NCBI GenBank assembly: GCA_038244765.1
Contig: JBBRTC010000003.1
Coordinates: forward strand, 1,332-65,331
Source: Candidatus Nanopelagicales bacterium
Lineage (GTDB): Bacteria > Actinomycetota > Actinomycetes > S36-B12 > JBBRLC01
DNA: 64,000 nucleotides
Direction of reading: 5' to 3'
Shown: piece after piece, positions 19,248 to 27,603 of the stretch
Layout of the letters: every line of letters begins with the position of its first letter
Numbering within the stretch: position 1 is the stretch's first letter
Made by a program: the position numbers and the translations under genes
The notes under the pieces: generated by a model
Database searches by the model: none
Told to the model about the DNA's origin: nothing
The model's input: only the letters and a program-made list of their open reading frames with translations

Positions 19248-20186
19248 TCAGACTGGATGCAGTCGGGTAGCCAGTCCGGCTGCGAACTCGAGCACGCACA
19301 ATGCGGCGAGCCGGACGGTCCTGCCATCCGCGGCGTCGGCCGTCGCATCGACTTCGGTGATATCGACCGACACCACTCGCGGGTCACAGCCGATCACATA
19401 CGCGGCCCGCCGCAACTCGTCGGCCGATATGCCGCCCGGCGCGGACGCCGGACAGCCCGGTGCCACCGACCGATCACATACATCGACGTCGATGTCAACG
19501 TGGATCGGACCGCCTCCGCCGGCCGCGACGTCAATCGCTTCACTGAGCGCCACCTCGACGCCACGTCGTCCCACATCGGCGCGCGAGATCACGGTGATCC
19601 CGTAGTCACGGGCTCGTAGGGAATAGTCCGGTGAATTCGCGAAGTCGCTAATTCCCACTTGGGCGACATGCGCACCGTTCAAGCCTGACTCGATGAGCCG
19701 GCGTACGGGCGAACCATTGCTGATCCCATCCCGTACGTCGTGATGCGCGTCCAGAGTGACCAGGCCAGCCGTCGCCAACTGAGTCCCGAACGAGCCCGAT
19801 GCGACGGAGTACGTCGCAGAGTTGTCGCCTCCGAGCGCTACTACCAGTGCCGCGCGGGTTCTCGCGCCCTCGATCGCCGATCGAACTCGCGCCTCACCGA
19901 ATTCGCCGTCGGGTTCGTCGATGTCGCCGAGGTCCGCAACGCCTAGCGCATGCAGGTCGTGTCCGTGGCCGCTCAGTGAGTACCGGCTCAGGGCCGCGCG
20001 TACAGCCGCCGGGGTCTGGGCCGCGCCTGTCGCTGAGATCGACGTACGCCACGTCGGCACTCCGATGACTGCGAGATCAAGCCGCCACTGCGGGATTTCG
20101 TCGATGACCGAGCCCAACCACGTACTTGCTCGGGGCCATAAGGGATCGTGCGGCGGGCTCGCGGACGCGTCGTTGACGGAAGGCAC
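19248..20186 (-). CDS. Arginase/agmatinase/formimidoylglutamase (ureohydrolase) family protein
   Basis: Metal-site motifs GGDNS (variant of GGDHS), DAHHD, DIDVDVCD. Confidence 0.75.
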   Translation of the reverse strand: MPSVNDASASPPHDPLWPRASTWLGSVIDEIPQWRLDLAVIGVPTWRTSISATGAAQTPAAVRAALSRYSLSGHGHDLHALGVADLGDIDEPDGEFGEARVRSAIEGARTRAALVVALGGDNSATYSVASGSFGTQLATAGLVTLDAHHDVRDGISNGSPVRRLIESGLNGAHVAQVGISDFANSPDYSLRARDYGITVISRADVGRRGVEVALSEAIDVAAGGGGPIHVDIDVDVCDRSVAPGCPASAPGGISADELRRAAYVIGCDPRVVSVDITEVDATADAADGRTVRLAALCVLEFAAGLATRLHPV

Positions 20187-20287
20187 GCGCCGATGATGCC
20201 GTGTCTGGGCCAGGCACGGGCACCTTTGGAGCGCTCACGCCTGGTCGGCTAAGGTGGCGCGTCGCCTGCGGGGTTCATCTGCAGCGC

Positions 20288-20359
20288 GCGGACGTGGCTC
20301 AGTGGTAGAGCATCACCTTGCCAAGGTGAGGGTCGCGGGTTCGAATCCCGTCGTCCGCT
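20288..20359 (+). tRNA. tRNA-Gly (anticodon GCC)
   Basis: gcggacg acceptor, tcacc-TTGCCAA-ggtga anticodon arm, gcggg-ttcgaat-cccgt T arm. CCA not encoded. Confidence 0.9.
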
Positions 20360-20392
20360 CGAAGGATCCCCGACTTGTCGGGGGTTCGTTTC

Positions 20393-20463
20393 GGTGGAGT
20401 GGCCGAGAGGCGAGGCAACGGCCTGCAAAGCCGTCTACACGGGTTCAAATCCCGTCTCCACCT
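20393..20463 (+). tRNA. tRNA-Cys (anticodon GCA)
   Basis: ggtggag acceptor, acggc-CTGCAAA-gccgt anticodon arm, T loop ttcaaat. CCA not encoded. Confidence 0.9.
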
Positions 20464-20529
20464 CGCGCAAGTCTCGCGGACCCTGGGTTAGCGCCAGGTG
20501 CCGCGATACCCACGACTTGCGAGTTGTAC

Positions 20530-20604
20530 GGGCGATTAGCTCAGTGGGAGAGCGCTTCCCTGACACGGAAGAGGTCACTGGTTCAATCCCAGTATCGCCC
20601 ACCA
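20530..20604 (+). tRNA. tRNA-Val (anticodon GAC), CCA encoded
   Basis: gggcgat acceptor, cttcc-CTGACAC-ggaag anticodon arm, actgg-ttcaatc-ccagt T arm, ...atcgcccacca 3' end. Confidence 0.9.
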
Positions 20605-20844
20605 GTAAAACCCTTGTGGCACAAGGACTTTCGAGGCTACAAAATCACTCGTGCCGGTAACCGCGCCACTGCCGTATGGCAGGGAAGCGCAGGACCGGAT
20701 AGGACTTTGGACTCTGCCTCAATGAACACCATCGGTGCCCGCGCGCCGCGACAAGACTGCAACACTGCAGCAGTGGCCTGATCCTTCACCTTGCGCCTGG
20801 CCAAGGTGGCACGATTTGTCTCGGCTGCTTGGTTGTCACACGGG

Positions 20845-21840
20845 TTACGCGCAGGGGAAACTGGCGGCGAGGACGTCACCACGCCGGCGGAAGTCGAGAA
20901 ACTGATCGCGGATCGCGCTGACAGCAACCTCGAGTGGAAATATCGTCTGCGTCACGAGCATGGTCGGGTTGGTTACGGCTACGGGGTGCCAGAAGACACC
21001 GTCGGCCGTCACGCACACCTCAGGCAGGACTGACTCCCGAGTGATGATGATCCCGTCGGTCGCGAATCCCTCGGAGGCCACGCGGCGCACAATCATGTCG
21101 CTGGACGCGAGGCCCAGTGTCGCGCACAGATCCGCTACGGCCGTCTCGTTTTGTGGTGAACCGGCAGGGATGGTGGAAGCCAGACGCACCCTAAAGCCGA
21201 GATCTCGTGCGACTCGCACGCCGGCGATGGCCTTGGCCCACGAGCCCAGTCCTCTCTGAGCATCGTGCACGTCGGGGGTCGGACTGTCCACGCTGATCTG
21301 GAGCACAAAGTCTGTACGTGGCATCGAATCCAGAACGGCTCTCCGCGCCCCGCTGAACAGCATCCCATTCGTGAGCAGGACCGTTGGTGCGACGCTGACA
21401 CAAGTCGTGACGATCTGCGCGAGATCAGGGTGGAGAAAGGGTTCCCCCCCCGTGAGGTAGATCTCCTTCGTCCCGAGAGCCGCTGCCTGCTCGACCAGCT
21501 TCGAAACCATGCCCACCTCGATCGACCTGGGCTGGGCTTGCGGTGAGGACTCGGCGCAGCAGTACGCGCACGCAAGATTGCAGTGGAAGTTGGTGTAGAT
21601 CCAGAGTCGGTAACCCGGCATCCGCTCCGGGGGGATCGACGCAGCAGCGTCCGACAGCGAACCTCGGTAGATTTCAACGGCGTCGGGATGGACAGCAAGC
21701 ACCGAACTGCCGTTGGCGCGACACCAACGGTCGATGTACTCCACCTCATCTTGCGTTCGGGCTGACACCGACGTTGTCGAACCGGCAGCCGTGGCGCCAA
21801 CAGCGCGCACCAACTCGATAGCCAAGGAGGCACGATTCAC
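20845..21840 (-). CDS. Radical SAM enzyme with ~85-90 aa N-terminal extension, no SPASM-type Cys cluster (function unknown)
   Basis: CX3CX2C (FHCNLACAYCC), GGE motif (YLTGGEPFLHP), LLTNGML. Only 3 widely spaced Cys follow the core. Start set to GTG 21840, 4 nt after the upstream stop; the ORF track's longest start at 21969 overlaps the upstream gene. Confidence 0.8.
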   Translation of the reverse strand: MNRASLAIELVRAVGATAAGSTTSVSARTQDEVEYIDRWCRANGSSVLAVHPDAVEIYRGSLSDAAASIPPERMPGYRLWIYTNFHCNLACAYCCAESSPQAQPRSIEVGMVSKLVEQAAALGTKEIYLTGGEPFLHPDLAQIVTTCVSVAPTVLLTNGMLFSGARRAVLDSMPRTDFVLQISVDSPTPDVHDAQRGLGSWAKAIAGVRVARDLGFRVRLASTIPAGSPQNETAVADLCATLGLASSDMIVRRVASEGFATDGIIITRESVLPEVCVTADGVFWHPVAVTNPTMLVTQTIFPLEVAVSAIRDQFLDFRRRGDVLAASFPCA

Positions 21841-21844
21841 CGGG

Positions 21845-22645
21845 CTACCACCGGAAGGAGATATTCTGCTCCGCGACAGCCTCGAACAATGAGGCGTAGC
21901 CGTCCAGATGGGGTTCAACCCAGCGCGTGAGCCCTTCGAGCTCCAGGATCGTTCGGTGCTCGGGCACATCCCAGTCCATCGCCAGGAGGTGTTTCACCCA
22001 TGGGTCTGTCAATTCCGGATCGATCCGCGCGAGCGCGGTGAAGTTGCAGTGCGAGTACATCGGGCTCGTCCAGAACGCCTCGACGCCTACGTCGCCCGCG
22101 CTGTTCAACTGGTTCCAGGTCGAGATCCCCAACGCGGCGGCGTCCGCCTCGTCATCGAGGACGGCCTGGAGCGCGTCTAGTTCGCTGCGGCCCGTGTCGC
22201 CATGCTTGCCCACGTCGGAATCGAACGCGACCATAGTGATATCGGAGAGCACGCCACTATCGGCGAGGTACTTGGTCGGGAGGATCCGTGCCTGACCCGA
22301 GTCGCGGCTGCCGAGGGCTACGCGCTGCCCAGCGAGGGACTCCAACGATGTGTAGCCGGAACCGGTGCGTGCGACGAACACGGACTGGAAGGTGACGTCG
22401 GTGTCGCGCATGGCCAGTGCCCGGCAGGTGCCGTTGGTGAGACCGACGGTGCGCACGTAGGCGAGATTCGTGTTCCACGCGACATCGATGCTCCCCGCTA
22501 GGAGAGCGTCGACCTGGCGCTCATAGTTGGAGAACAAGACGAAGTCCATGTCGACTGGAGCACCACGAAAGTATTCGCGGATGCCTTCCCAGATAGGGAC
22601 CACGTTCGCGGTGTAGGCCACTGCCCCGACCGTCAGGGTCGTCAC
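21845..22645 (-). CDS. PhnD-type (phosphonate-binding family) periplasmic-binding-protein-fold protein without signal peptide
   Basis: YERQVDALLAGSIDVAWNTNLAYV...FVARTGSGYTSLESLAGQRVALGSRDSGQARILPTKYLADSG is typical of PF12974-like proteins. The N-terminus runs straight into the first beta strand with no leader or lipobox. GTG 22645 overlaps the upstream stop (GTGA). Confidence 0.7.
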   Translation of the reverse strand: MTTLTVGAVAYTANVVPIWEGIREYFRGAPVDMDFVLFSNYERQVDALLAGSIDVAWNTNLAYVRTVGLTNGTCRALAMRDTDVTFQSVFVARTGSGYTSLESLAGQRVALGSRDSGQARILPTKYLADSGVLSDITMVAFDSDVGKHGDTGRSELDALQAVLDDEADAAALGISTWNQLNSAGDVGVEAFWTSPMYSHCNFTALARIDPELTDPWVKHLLAMDWDVPEHRTILELEGLTRWVEPHLDGYASLFEAVAEQNISFRW

Positions 22646-23769
22646 CCGAACAACTCCATCCCGCACAGCGCACGCGCGTAGAGGTCATAGAGGACGTCGG
22701 ATGTGGGGGCCATGACGTGCCCTGCCCGGGCATCACGGAAGTAGCGCTCCATCGGCAGGTGCTTAGAGAACGCCGCACCACCACAGACCCGCATGGCCTC
22801 ATCGATAATCGCGATGGCTGCGTCATTGGCACTGGCTCGAGAGCCGATTACATGAAGTAGCGTTGTGTCATCGGGCTCGGCGATCTTGCGGGCCGTCTCT
22901 CGTAGATAAGCGCGCTGCGCAGCCAGAGAGACACCGGCCGCGCCGATTCTGTGGCGGATCGTCGGCAAGTCGGCCAGCGAGGAACCCAAGTGCTCAAGCC
23001 GCGCACTCGTCACGTGACCCACAGCAGCGTCGACAGCCGCAGCAGCCAGCCCGAGGGTGACCGCGGCATTGCCGAGGTTAAACCACGGCAGTACGGCACC
23101 CATCATTGTCGCGAACCCCGAGCCGGGCGCCCCGAGTCGCGCGGACTCCGCGACCGTCGTGTCGAAACTCATCGGTGACGAAGCGTTTCCTCGCAGGCCG
23201 AGCGCCGACCACGGGGCAGCCACCTTGATACCGGAATCCGTTCCCAGAACCGCGTACAGGTCGGTCTCGGTCGCGCTGGACGCGTCAGCTGACTGGGTGC
23301 TCACCACATAGAGGTCCGCGTAGCCGGCGGATGTCACCCAACTCTTCTCCACTTGGAGAAGGACGCCATCGGCACCGCGTACGCATTGTGAGACCGGCGC
23401 CCAGAAGTGGCTGCGTGAACCGCGCTCGCTAAACGCAAGCGTTCCGAGCGTGCTCCCGTCGGCAAGACGAGCAGGGAGGTCCGGGTACGCCGAGGGCGTC
23501 GAGTTCAGGACCGGCATCGTCGCGGCCACGTGCATCAAATAGATCATCGCGGTCGAGCCGCACGCGCCGGCAAGCTGACTGATCACGTCGAGAAACGCCT
23601 CCGGCCCTTCTCCCAGCCCGCCCAACTCCCGCGGGATTGGGAGGCCGAGGAGCCCAGAGGCCCGCAGGGCCCCCACGGCACTGGCGGGGAAGGCGCCCTC
23701 CTCGTCGACAGCCGCGGCCGAGGATCGTGCCGCTTCGAGAACCGGTTCAAGCCGAGTCTGCAAGTCCAT
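22642..23769 (-). CDS. Acyl-CoA dehydrogenase-fold flavoprotein (possibly monooxygenase-type; MCAD-type catalytic Glu not conserved)
   Basis: ACAD N-, middle and C-terminal domain pattern (FPASAVGALRASGLLGL, EKSWVTSAG, RVCGGAAFSKHLPMERYFRDARAG). Start at ATG 23769 (MDLQTRLEP...). Confidence 0.75.
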   Translation of the reverse strand: MDLQTRLEPVLEAARSSAAAVDEEGAFPASAVGALRASGLLGLPIPRELGGLGEGPEAFLDVISQLAGACGSTAMIYLMHVAATMPVLNSTPSAYPDLPARLADGSTLGTLAFSERGSRSHFWAPVSQCVRGADGVLLQVEKSWVTSAGYADLYVVSTQSADASSATETDLYAVLGTDSGIKVAAPWSALGLRGNASSPMSFDTTVAESARLGAPGSGFATMMGAVLPWFNLGNAAVTLGLAAAAVDAAVGHVTSARLEHLGSSLADLPTIRHRIGAAGVSLAAQRAYLRETARKIAEPDDTTLLHVIGSRASANDAAIAIIDEAMRVCGGAAFSKHLPMERYFRDARAGHVMAPTSDVLYDLYARALCGMELFG

Positions 23770-23857
23770 CGAATGAATTCCATTCCGTTGTATCGAGCCC
23801 AACATGTTCATGCAGGGCAAGCAGTCAGGAGGCGAGGCCTCGGAGTGAAGAAATCTA

Positions 23858-23890
23858 GTCCCGAGTCGATGTCCCGAGTCGATGTCCCGA
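23858..23890. repeat. Tandem 13-nt direct repeat (2.5 copies) in a divergent promoter region
   Basis: GTCCCGAGTCGAT GTCCCGAGTCGAT GTCCCGA, in a locally AT-richer spacer between the ACAD-like gene (minus) and doxX (plus). Confidence 0.85.
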
Positions 23891-24159
23891 CCAAAGTTTT
23901 CTAGACCGTATCGGTGGTCAGGATTTATGCAAGCGGGGTCTCGCTACTTCGTAAGATCCTCGTAACTCCCTGCGGTGCAGAGTTGGAATGCTTGGAATCC
24001 CGGTCGGCTAGTCTCTGCGGGTGGATGGTCGCCACAGTGTGAATCTGCACGTCGATGGTGGAAGCCGCGCGCAGCGAAGGACGCCGCGCGGTATGTCGAT
24101 GCGCCTAGGCCAGCCCGGCTCCCGTCCTTGCCCCACTCATCTCTCCTGAGGAGCGCGTC

Positions 24160-24723
24160 ATGACTACCTCCACCAAGAGCACGAGTCCGCCGCCGACTTC
24201 GGACGTCGAGTCCGGTCCAGCTCGCGATCGCGCCACCTACGTCACCGCGGTCTTCGTACGGGTGGTGGTGGCGCTGCTCTGGCTGGACAACCTCGACTGG
24301 AAGAAGCCACCGGACTTCGGCCAGAACAACAATGCAGGTCTCTACGAGTTCACGGCCGACGCGGTCAAGTACCCGGTGTTCCCGCCGTTCTCGAGCCTTG
24401 TGGAGCACGTGATCCTGCCGCACTTCACCTTATTCGCGTGGGGCGTATTCATCGTCGAGATCTGCTTGGGGACCTTCCTGCTATTGGGGCTGGCCACTCG
24501 CTTGTGGGCGGTCGTCGGGATGGGTCAGGCCCTGGCGATCTATCTGTCGATCGGAGCGACTCCGGGCGAGTGGAAGTGGAGTTACTTCCTGCTGATCGCC
24601 GCACTCGCCGCTGTCCTTGGCCTAGCAGCCGGTCGCGTCTGGGGGCTCGACTCTGTACTGCGTCGCCGGATCGGCGCTGACCCCCGCGGGCGCGTGGCAC
24701 GGCTCTACCTGCGGATTTCGTGA
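24160..24723 (+). CDS. DoxX family membrane protein
   Basis: 4-TM small membrane protein. GAGGAG lies 8 nt before the ATG. GTGA overlap with the next gene. Confidence 0.65.
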   Translation: MTTSTKSTSPPPTSDVESGPARDRATYVTAVFVRVVVALLWLDNLDWKKPPDFGQNNNAGLYEFTADAVKYPVFPPFSSLVEHVILPHFTLFAWGVFIVEICLGTFLLLGLATRLWAVVGMGQALAIYLSIGATPGEWKWSYFLLIAALAAVLGLAAGRVWGLDSVLRRRIGADPRGRVARLYLRIS

Positions 24724-26273
24724 CCGGAGTCGACTCGGTCGGGCTCGCCGACGCGCGCAGAGGCCTCGCCTCCTCGGGTCCGGCGGCGTACAAGTGGACG
24801 GAACGCGCGCTGGTCGTTATCTCGTTCGTCCCGATGCTTGCGTTCGTCGCAGTTGCGCTGCGTCGGATCACCTATCCCTACGAGCTCTCCTACGTCGAGG
24901 GCAGTGTGGCCGAGGTCGTTGCACGGGTCTCGGACGGTGCGGCGATCTACGGGCCACCCTCTGCGGCTTTCACGCCGTGGCCCTACCCGCCGGGTTACTT
25001 CTGGCTGGCCTCCGGCGTCGCCCGTGTCACGGGGACGGACCTGCTCGCAGCGAGGATCGTCTCCTTCACAGCGTCGATCGTCATCTTGGTCTTCCTCGCG
25101 TTGATCGTGCGCTCGGTGACGGGGAGCGTGGTCGGTGGAATCGTCGCTTCCGGGATCTACGCCGCCACATACTGGGTCACGGACACATGGGCGGACACCG
25201 CGCGAGTGGACTCCCTGCTCCTCGCATTCCTGCTCCTGGCCGTCCTCGTCGCCCTGCGAGCACGCACCGCGTTCGCGGGCGTGCTGGTGGGCCTTTTGCT
25301 GCTGGCTGCGTTCCTCACGAAGCAGACGGCTCTGATCGCAGCCGCTCCCATGCTCGTTGTGCTGATCGTCGGACGACGACGGACCGGGGTCGCGGCGCTT
25401 TGCGTCCTCCTCGCTGGCGTCGCGATGACGACGCTGGTCGGGAACGCGACGACGGACGGCTGGTACTCGGTTTACGTATTCGAACAGTTGGCAGGTCAGG
25501 GCTGGAGTCCGAAAGACCTCTACCAGTTCTGGTTCATCGACCTGCTGGTGCCGTTCGCGGTGACTGCGATCGCCACCTTGACGTTGCTGGTGCGTGCGCG
25601 GCCAATCAGTCGACGACGGGTGAGCGCCGACTACCCGACCGCCGTGGTGGCGGCAGCCACCGTTGGCTTCGTGCTGGCGGCGTGGGTGGGTCGGCTGCAT
25701 GAAGGAGGTACGGTCAACGTCGTTCTGCCGGCCTACGCCGCGGTCGCGCTGCTCATCGGCTGCGCAACGGCCGCCCAACTCGCCCGACCTCGACCTTCGG
25801 TCGCCCTGACGCCGCCGTTGGTTGCGGCTCTCGTACTCGCTCAGGTCCTGCTGCTCCTCGCGTGGTCGCGGCCGAGGGCCATACCCACTTCGGCAGACGG
25901 CCGTGCTGGCGACAGGCTGATCTCGTTGCTCGCTTCCGCGCCCGCGGGGGTCGCGGTCCCGAGCCACCCCTACTACGCACGACTTGCGGGAAAGCGTCCC
26001 GGCGCGGCGCTCTTCGCCGTGGAGGACGTATTGCGCGGCGGGCCGACCAGAGCGAGGTCGTCGCTGGTCGCTCAGCTGCCGTGGTCGCTCGCTGGCATCG
26101 ACATCGTCGTACTTGACGACGCGACCCACACCCGATACTTCGGCCCGGATCTGACGCGCGACTTCCAGCTGAGGGCCGGACCGCTCTTCGATGGCGACGA
26201 TTTCTACCCGGTCACCGACTACCCGTCGCGGCCCGAACTCGTGTTCATACGCAAAGGGGTCGTGCTTCGATGA
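24720..26273 (+). CDS. Polytopic GT-C fold membrane glycosyltransferase (PMT_2/ArnT-like)
   Basis: 517 aa, roughly 11-13 hydrophobic helices. N-terminal loop YPYELSYVEGSV... and a C-terminal soluble domain. Operon context with GT2. Confidence 0.6.
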   Translation: MTGVDSVGLADARRGLASSGPAAYKWTERALVVISFVPMLAFVAVALRRITYPYELSYVEGSVAEVVARVSDGAAIYGPPSAAFTPWPYPPGYFWLASGVARVTGTDLLAARIVSFTASIVILVFLALIVRSVTGSVVGGIVASGIYAATYWVTDTWADTARVDSLLLAFLLLAVLVALRARTAFAGVLVGLLLLAAFLTKQTALIAAAPMLVVLIVGRRRTGVAALCVLLAGVAMTTLVGNATTDGWYSVYVFEQLAGQGWSPKDLYQFWFIDLLVPFAVTAIATLTLLVRARPISRRRVSADYPTAVVAAATVGFVLAAWVGRLHEGGTVNVVLPAYAAVALLIGCATAAQLARPRPSVALTPPLVAALVLAQVLLLLAWSRPRAIPTSADGRAGDRLISLLASAPAGVAVPSHPYYARLAGKRPGAALFAVEDVLRGGPTRARSSLVAQLPWSLAGIDIVVLDDATHTRYFGPDLTRDFQLRAGPLFDGDDFYPVTDYPSRPELVFIRKGVVLR

Positions 26274-26941
26274 GCGACCCGATGTCCATCGCTTCGGTGG
26301 ACGTGATTCTACCCGTCCTGGACGAAGCGGCGGCGCTCCCGTGGGTGCTCGGCCGGATGCCCGTCGGCTACCGCCCGATCGTCGTCGACAACGGATCGAC
26401 GGACGGTTCGGCCGAGATCGCCCGGGCCCACGGGGCCCGCGTGGTCGTGGAACCCATACGGGGATTCGGTGCCGCATGCTTCGCCGGCTTAATGGCGTGC
26501 GAGAGCGCCGTCATTGCCTTCATGGACGCTGATGCGAGCCTGGATCCCGAGGAACTCGATGCCGTCGTCAGACCCGTAGTGGACGGCGCGGCTGACCTGG
26601 TACTCGGAGCCCGCATCCACGCCCCGGGCGCGTGGCCACTGCACGCCAGGGTCGCGAACCGACTATTGGCGAGCGAGGTCCGCCGCCGCTGCGGTGTCCG
26701 GCTGACCGACCTGGGTCCCATGCGTGCGGCTCGGCGGGAGGACCTCGAGTCGCTCGGGCTGGTAGACCGGCGCTTCGGGTGGCCGCTAGAGATGGTCGTC
26801 AAGGGCGCGCGGGCAGGGTGGCGGATTCACGAGGTGCCGGTGGGCTACCACCCGCGGCTCGGTAGGTCCAAGGTCACGGGCACCGTTCGCGGGACGATGC
26901 GAGCCGTACACGACATGGCCGCAGTCCTCCGGACGTCATGA
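26270..26941 (+). CDS. GT2 family glycosyltransferase (polyprenyl-phosphate sugar synthase-like)
   Basis: VDVILPVLDEAAALP...IVVDNGSTDGSAEIA...FMDADASLDP (GT-A DXD region). ATGA overlaps on both sides. Confidence 0.8.
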   Translation: MSDPMSIASVDVILPVLDEAAALPWVLGRMPVGYRPIVVDNGSTDGSAEIARAHGARVVVEPIRGFGAACFAGLMACESAVIAFMDADASLDPEELDAVVRPVVDGAADLVLGARIHAPGAWPLHARVANRLLASEVRRRCGVRLTDLGPMRAARREDLESLGLVDRRFGWPLEMVVKGARAGWRIHEVPVGYHPRLGRSKVTGTVRGTMRAVHDMAAVLRTS

Positions 26942-27603
26942 TGCACCTCATCGTCATGGCGAAGTCACCCCTGCCGGGCCGGGTCAAGACCCGCTTGTGC
27001 CCGCCATTGCGGTCAGCGGAGGCGGCGGAGCTGGCGCTGGCGTCGCTGCTCGACACCCTGGACGCCGTGCGTGCGTCCCGTGCCGCGCAGTGGATACTCG
27101 CGCTGGACGGTCCGCCCGGGACGTGGCTTCCCTCCGGCTTCGACGTCCTTCCTCAGCGCGGCGCCGGTCTAGGCGAGCGGCTGGCCAACGCGTGGACCGA
27201 TGTTGGAGGGCCGGGCCTCCTGATCGGGATGGACACGCCCCAAGTGACGGCCCAACTACTTGACGATGCGATGGATCAGTTGGCCGACGGCGATCGTGCA
27301 TCGGTCCTGGGCCTGGCGACGGACGGCGGTTGGTGGGCCATCGGCCTGCACCAGTCGGATCCCGCAGTCTTCACCGGCTTGACGCTGAGCACGCCGGACG
27401 CGGGCTCGGCGCAGATGGAGCGACTGGTTCTACTCGGGCTGCGACCGACCTTGCTCCCCCGGCTGCGTGACGTCGATACCTGGGTCGACGCTCAGGCGGT
27501 GGCCGCGGAAACGACCGGCACCCGATTCGCGTCGGCCGTCCACGAGTTGTCTGGACGGCTCACGTCCCGGGCCGCCGACGAAGGGAAGGCCGCGCAGCGA
27601 TGA
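26938..27603 (+). CDS. DUF2064 (TIGR04282-like, nucleotidyltransferase-fold) protein
   Basis: MMHLIVMAKSPLPGRVKTRLCPPL... and GMDTPQV are characteristic of DUF2064. Confidence 0.75.
   Translation: MMHLIVMAKSPLPGRVKTRLCPPLRSAEAAELALASLLDTLDAVRASRAAQWILALDGPPGTWLPSGFDVLPQRGAGLGERLANAWTDVGGPGLLIGMDTPQVTAQLLDDAMDQLADGDRASVLGLATDGGWWAIGLHQSDPAVFTGLTLSTPDAGSAQMERLVLLGLRPTLLPRLRDVDTWVDAQAVAAETTGTRFASAVHELSGRLTSRAADEGKAAQR

Noticed and set aside
20368-20383. Small hairpin CCCCGA-cttg-TCGGGG between tRNA-Gly and tRNA-Cys, and a weak hairpin after tRNA-Val (20612-20626), considered as terminators.
   Set aside because: The stems are short (5-6 bp) with poor U-tracts. They are probably processing or spacer structure and are not reported as features.
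20637-20732. 31-codon ORF (MVFIEAESKVLSGPALPCHTAVARLPARVIL) just downstream of the radical SAM gene, considered as a possible RiPP precursor.
   Set aside because: It has no convincing RBS, third-position GC of ~57 percent, and no leader/core pattern or repeated Cys/Ser/Thr motif. It also overlaps hairpin-forming sequence that looks more like the operon terminator. It would only merit revisiting if homologous rSAM loci carry a similar peptide.
23858-23890. Tandem repeat considered as a degenerate CRISPR or VNTR locus.
   Set aside because: It has only 2.5 contiguous 13-nt units with no spacers and no cas genes. It is reported as a possible operator or VNTR instead.
20288-24159. Possibility that the rSAM operon is an integrative element inserted at the tRNA-Gly/Cys/Val cluster.
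   Set aside because: I could not find an integrase, excisionase or direct repeat of a tRNA 3' end downstream. GC of the operon by hand count is similar to the flanks. The question stays open but is unsupported.
24705-26477. 590-aa minus-strand ORF, the longest of many long ORFs in the 24-35 kb region (also 27732..28709 at 325 aa, 33806..34924 at 372 aa, 29547..30362 at 271 aa).
   Set aside because: It is extremely Arg/Pro/Gly-rich and low in complexity. It lies antisense or out of frame to ORFs with clear family signatures (GT-C, epimerase, propeller). This is the expected stop-codon-poor artefact of ~70 percent GC DNA.
20845-27603. Idea that the radical SAM gene is the partner of the GT2 + DUF2064 pair (the rSAM/selenodomain or arsenosugar ArsS-type association known for TIGR04282/TIGR04283).
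   Set aside because: The rSAM lacks the Cys-rich C-terminal domain expected of ArsS-type proteins. It lies on the opposite strand in a separate, divergently transcribed operon and has its own tightly coupled partners.
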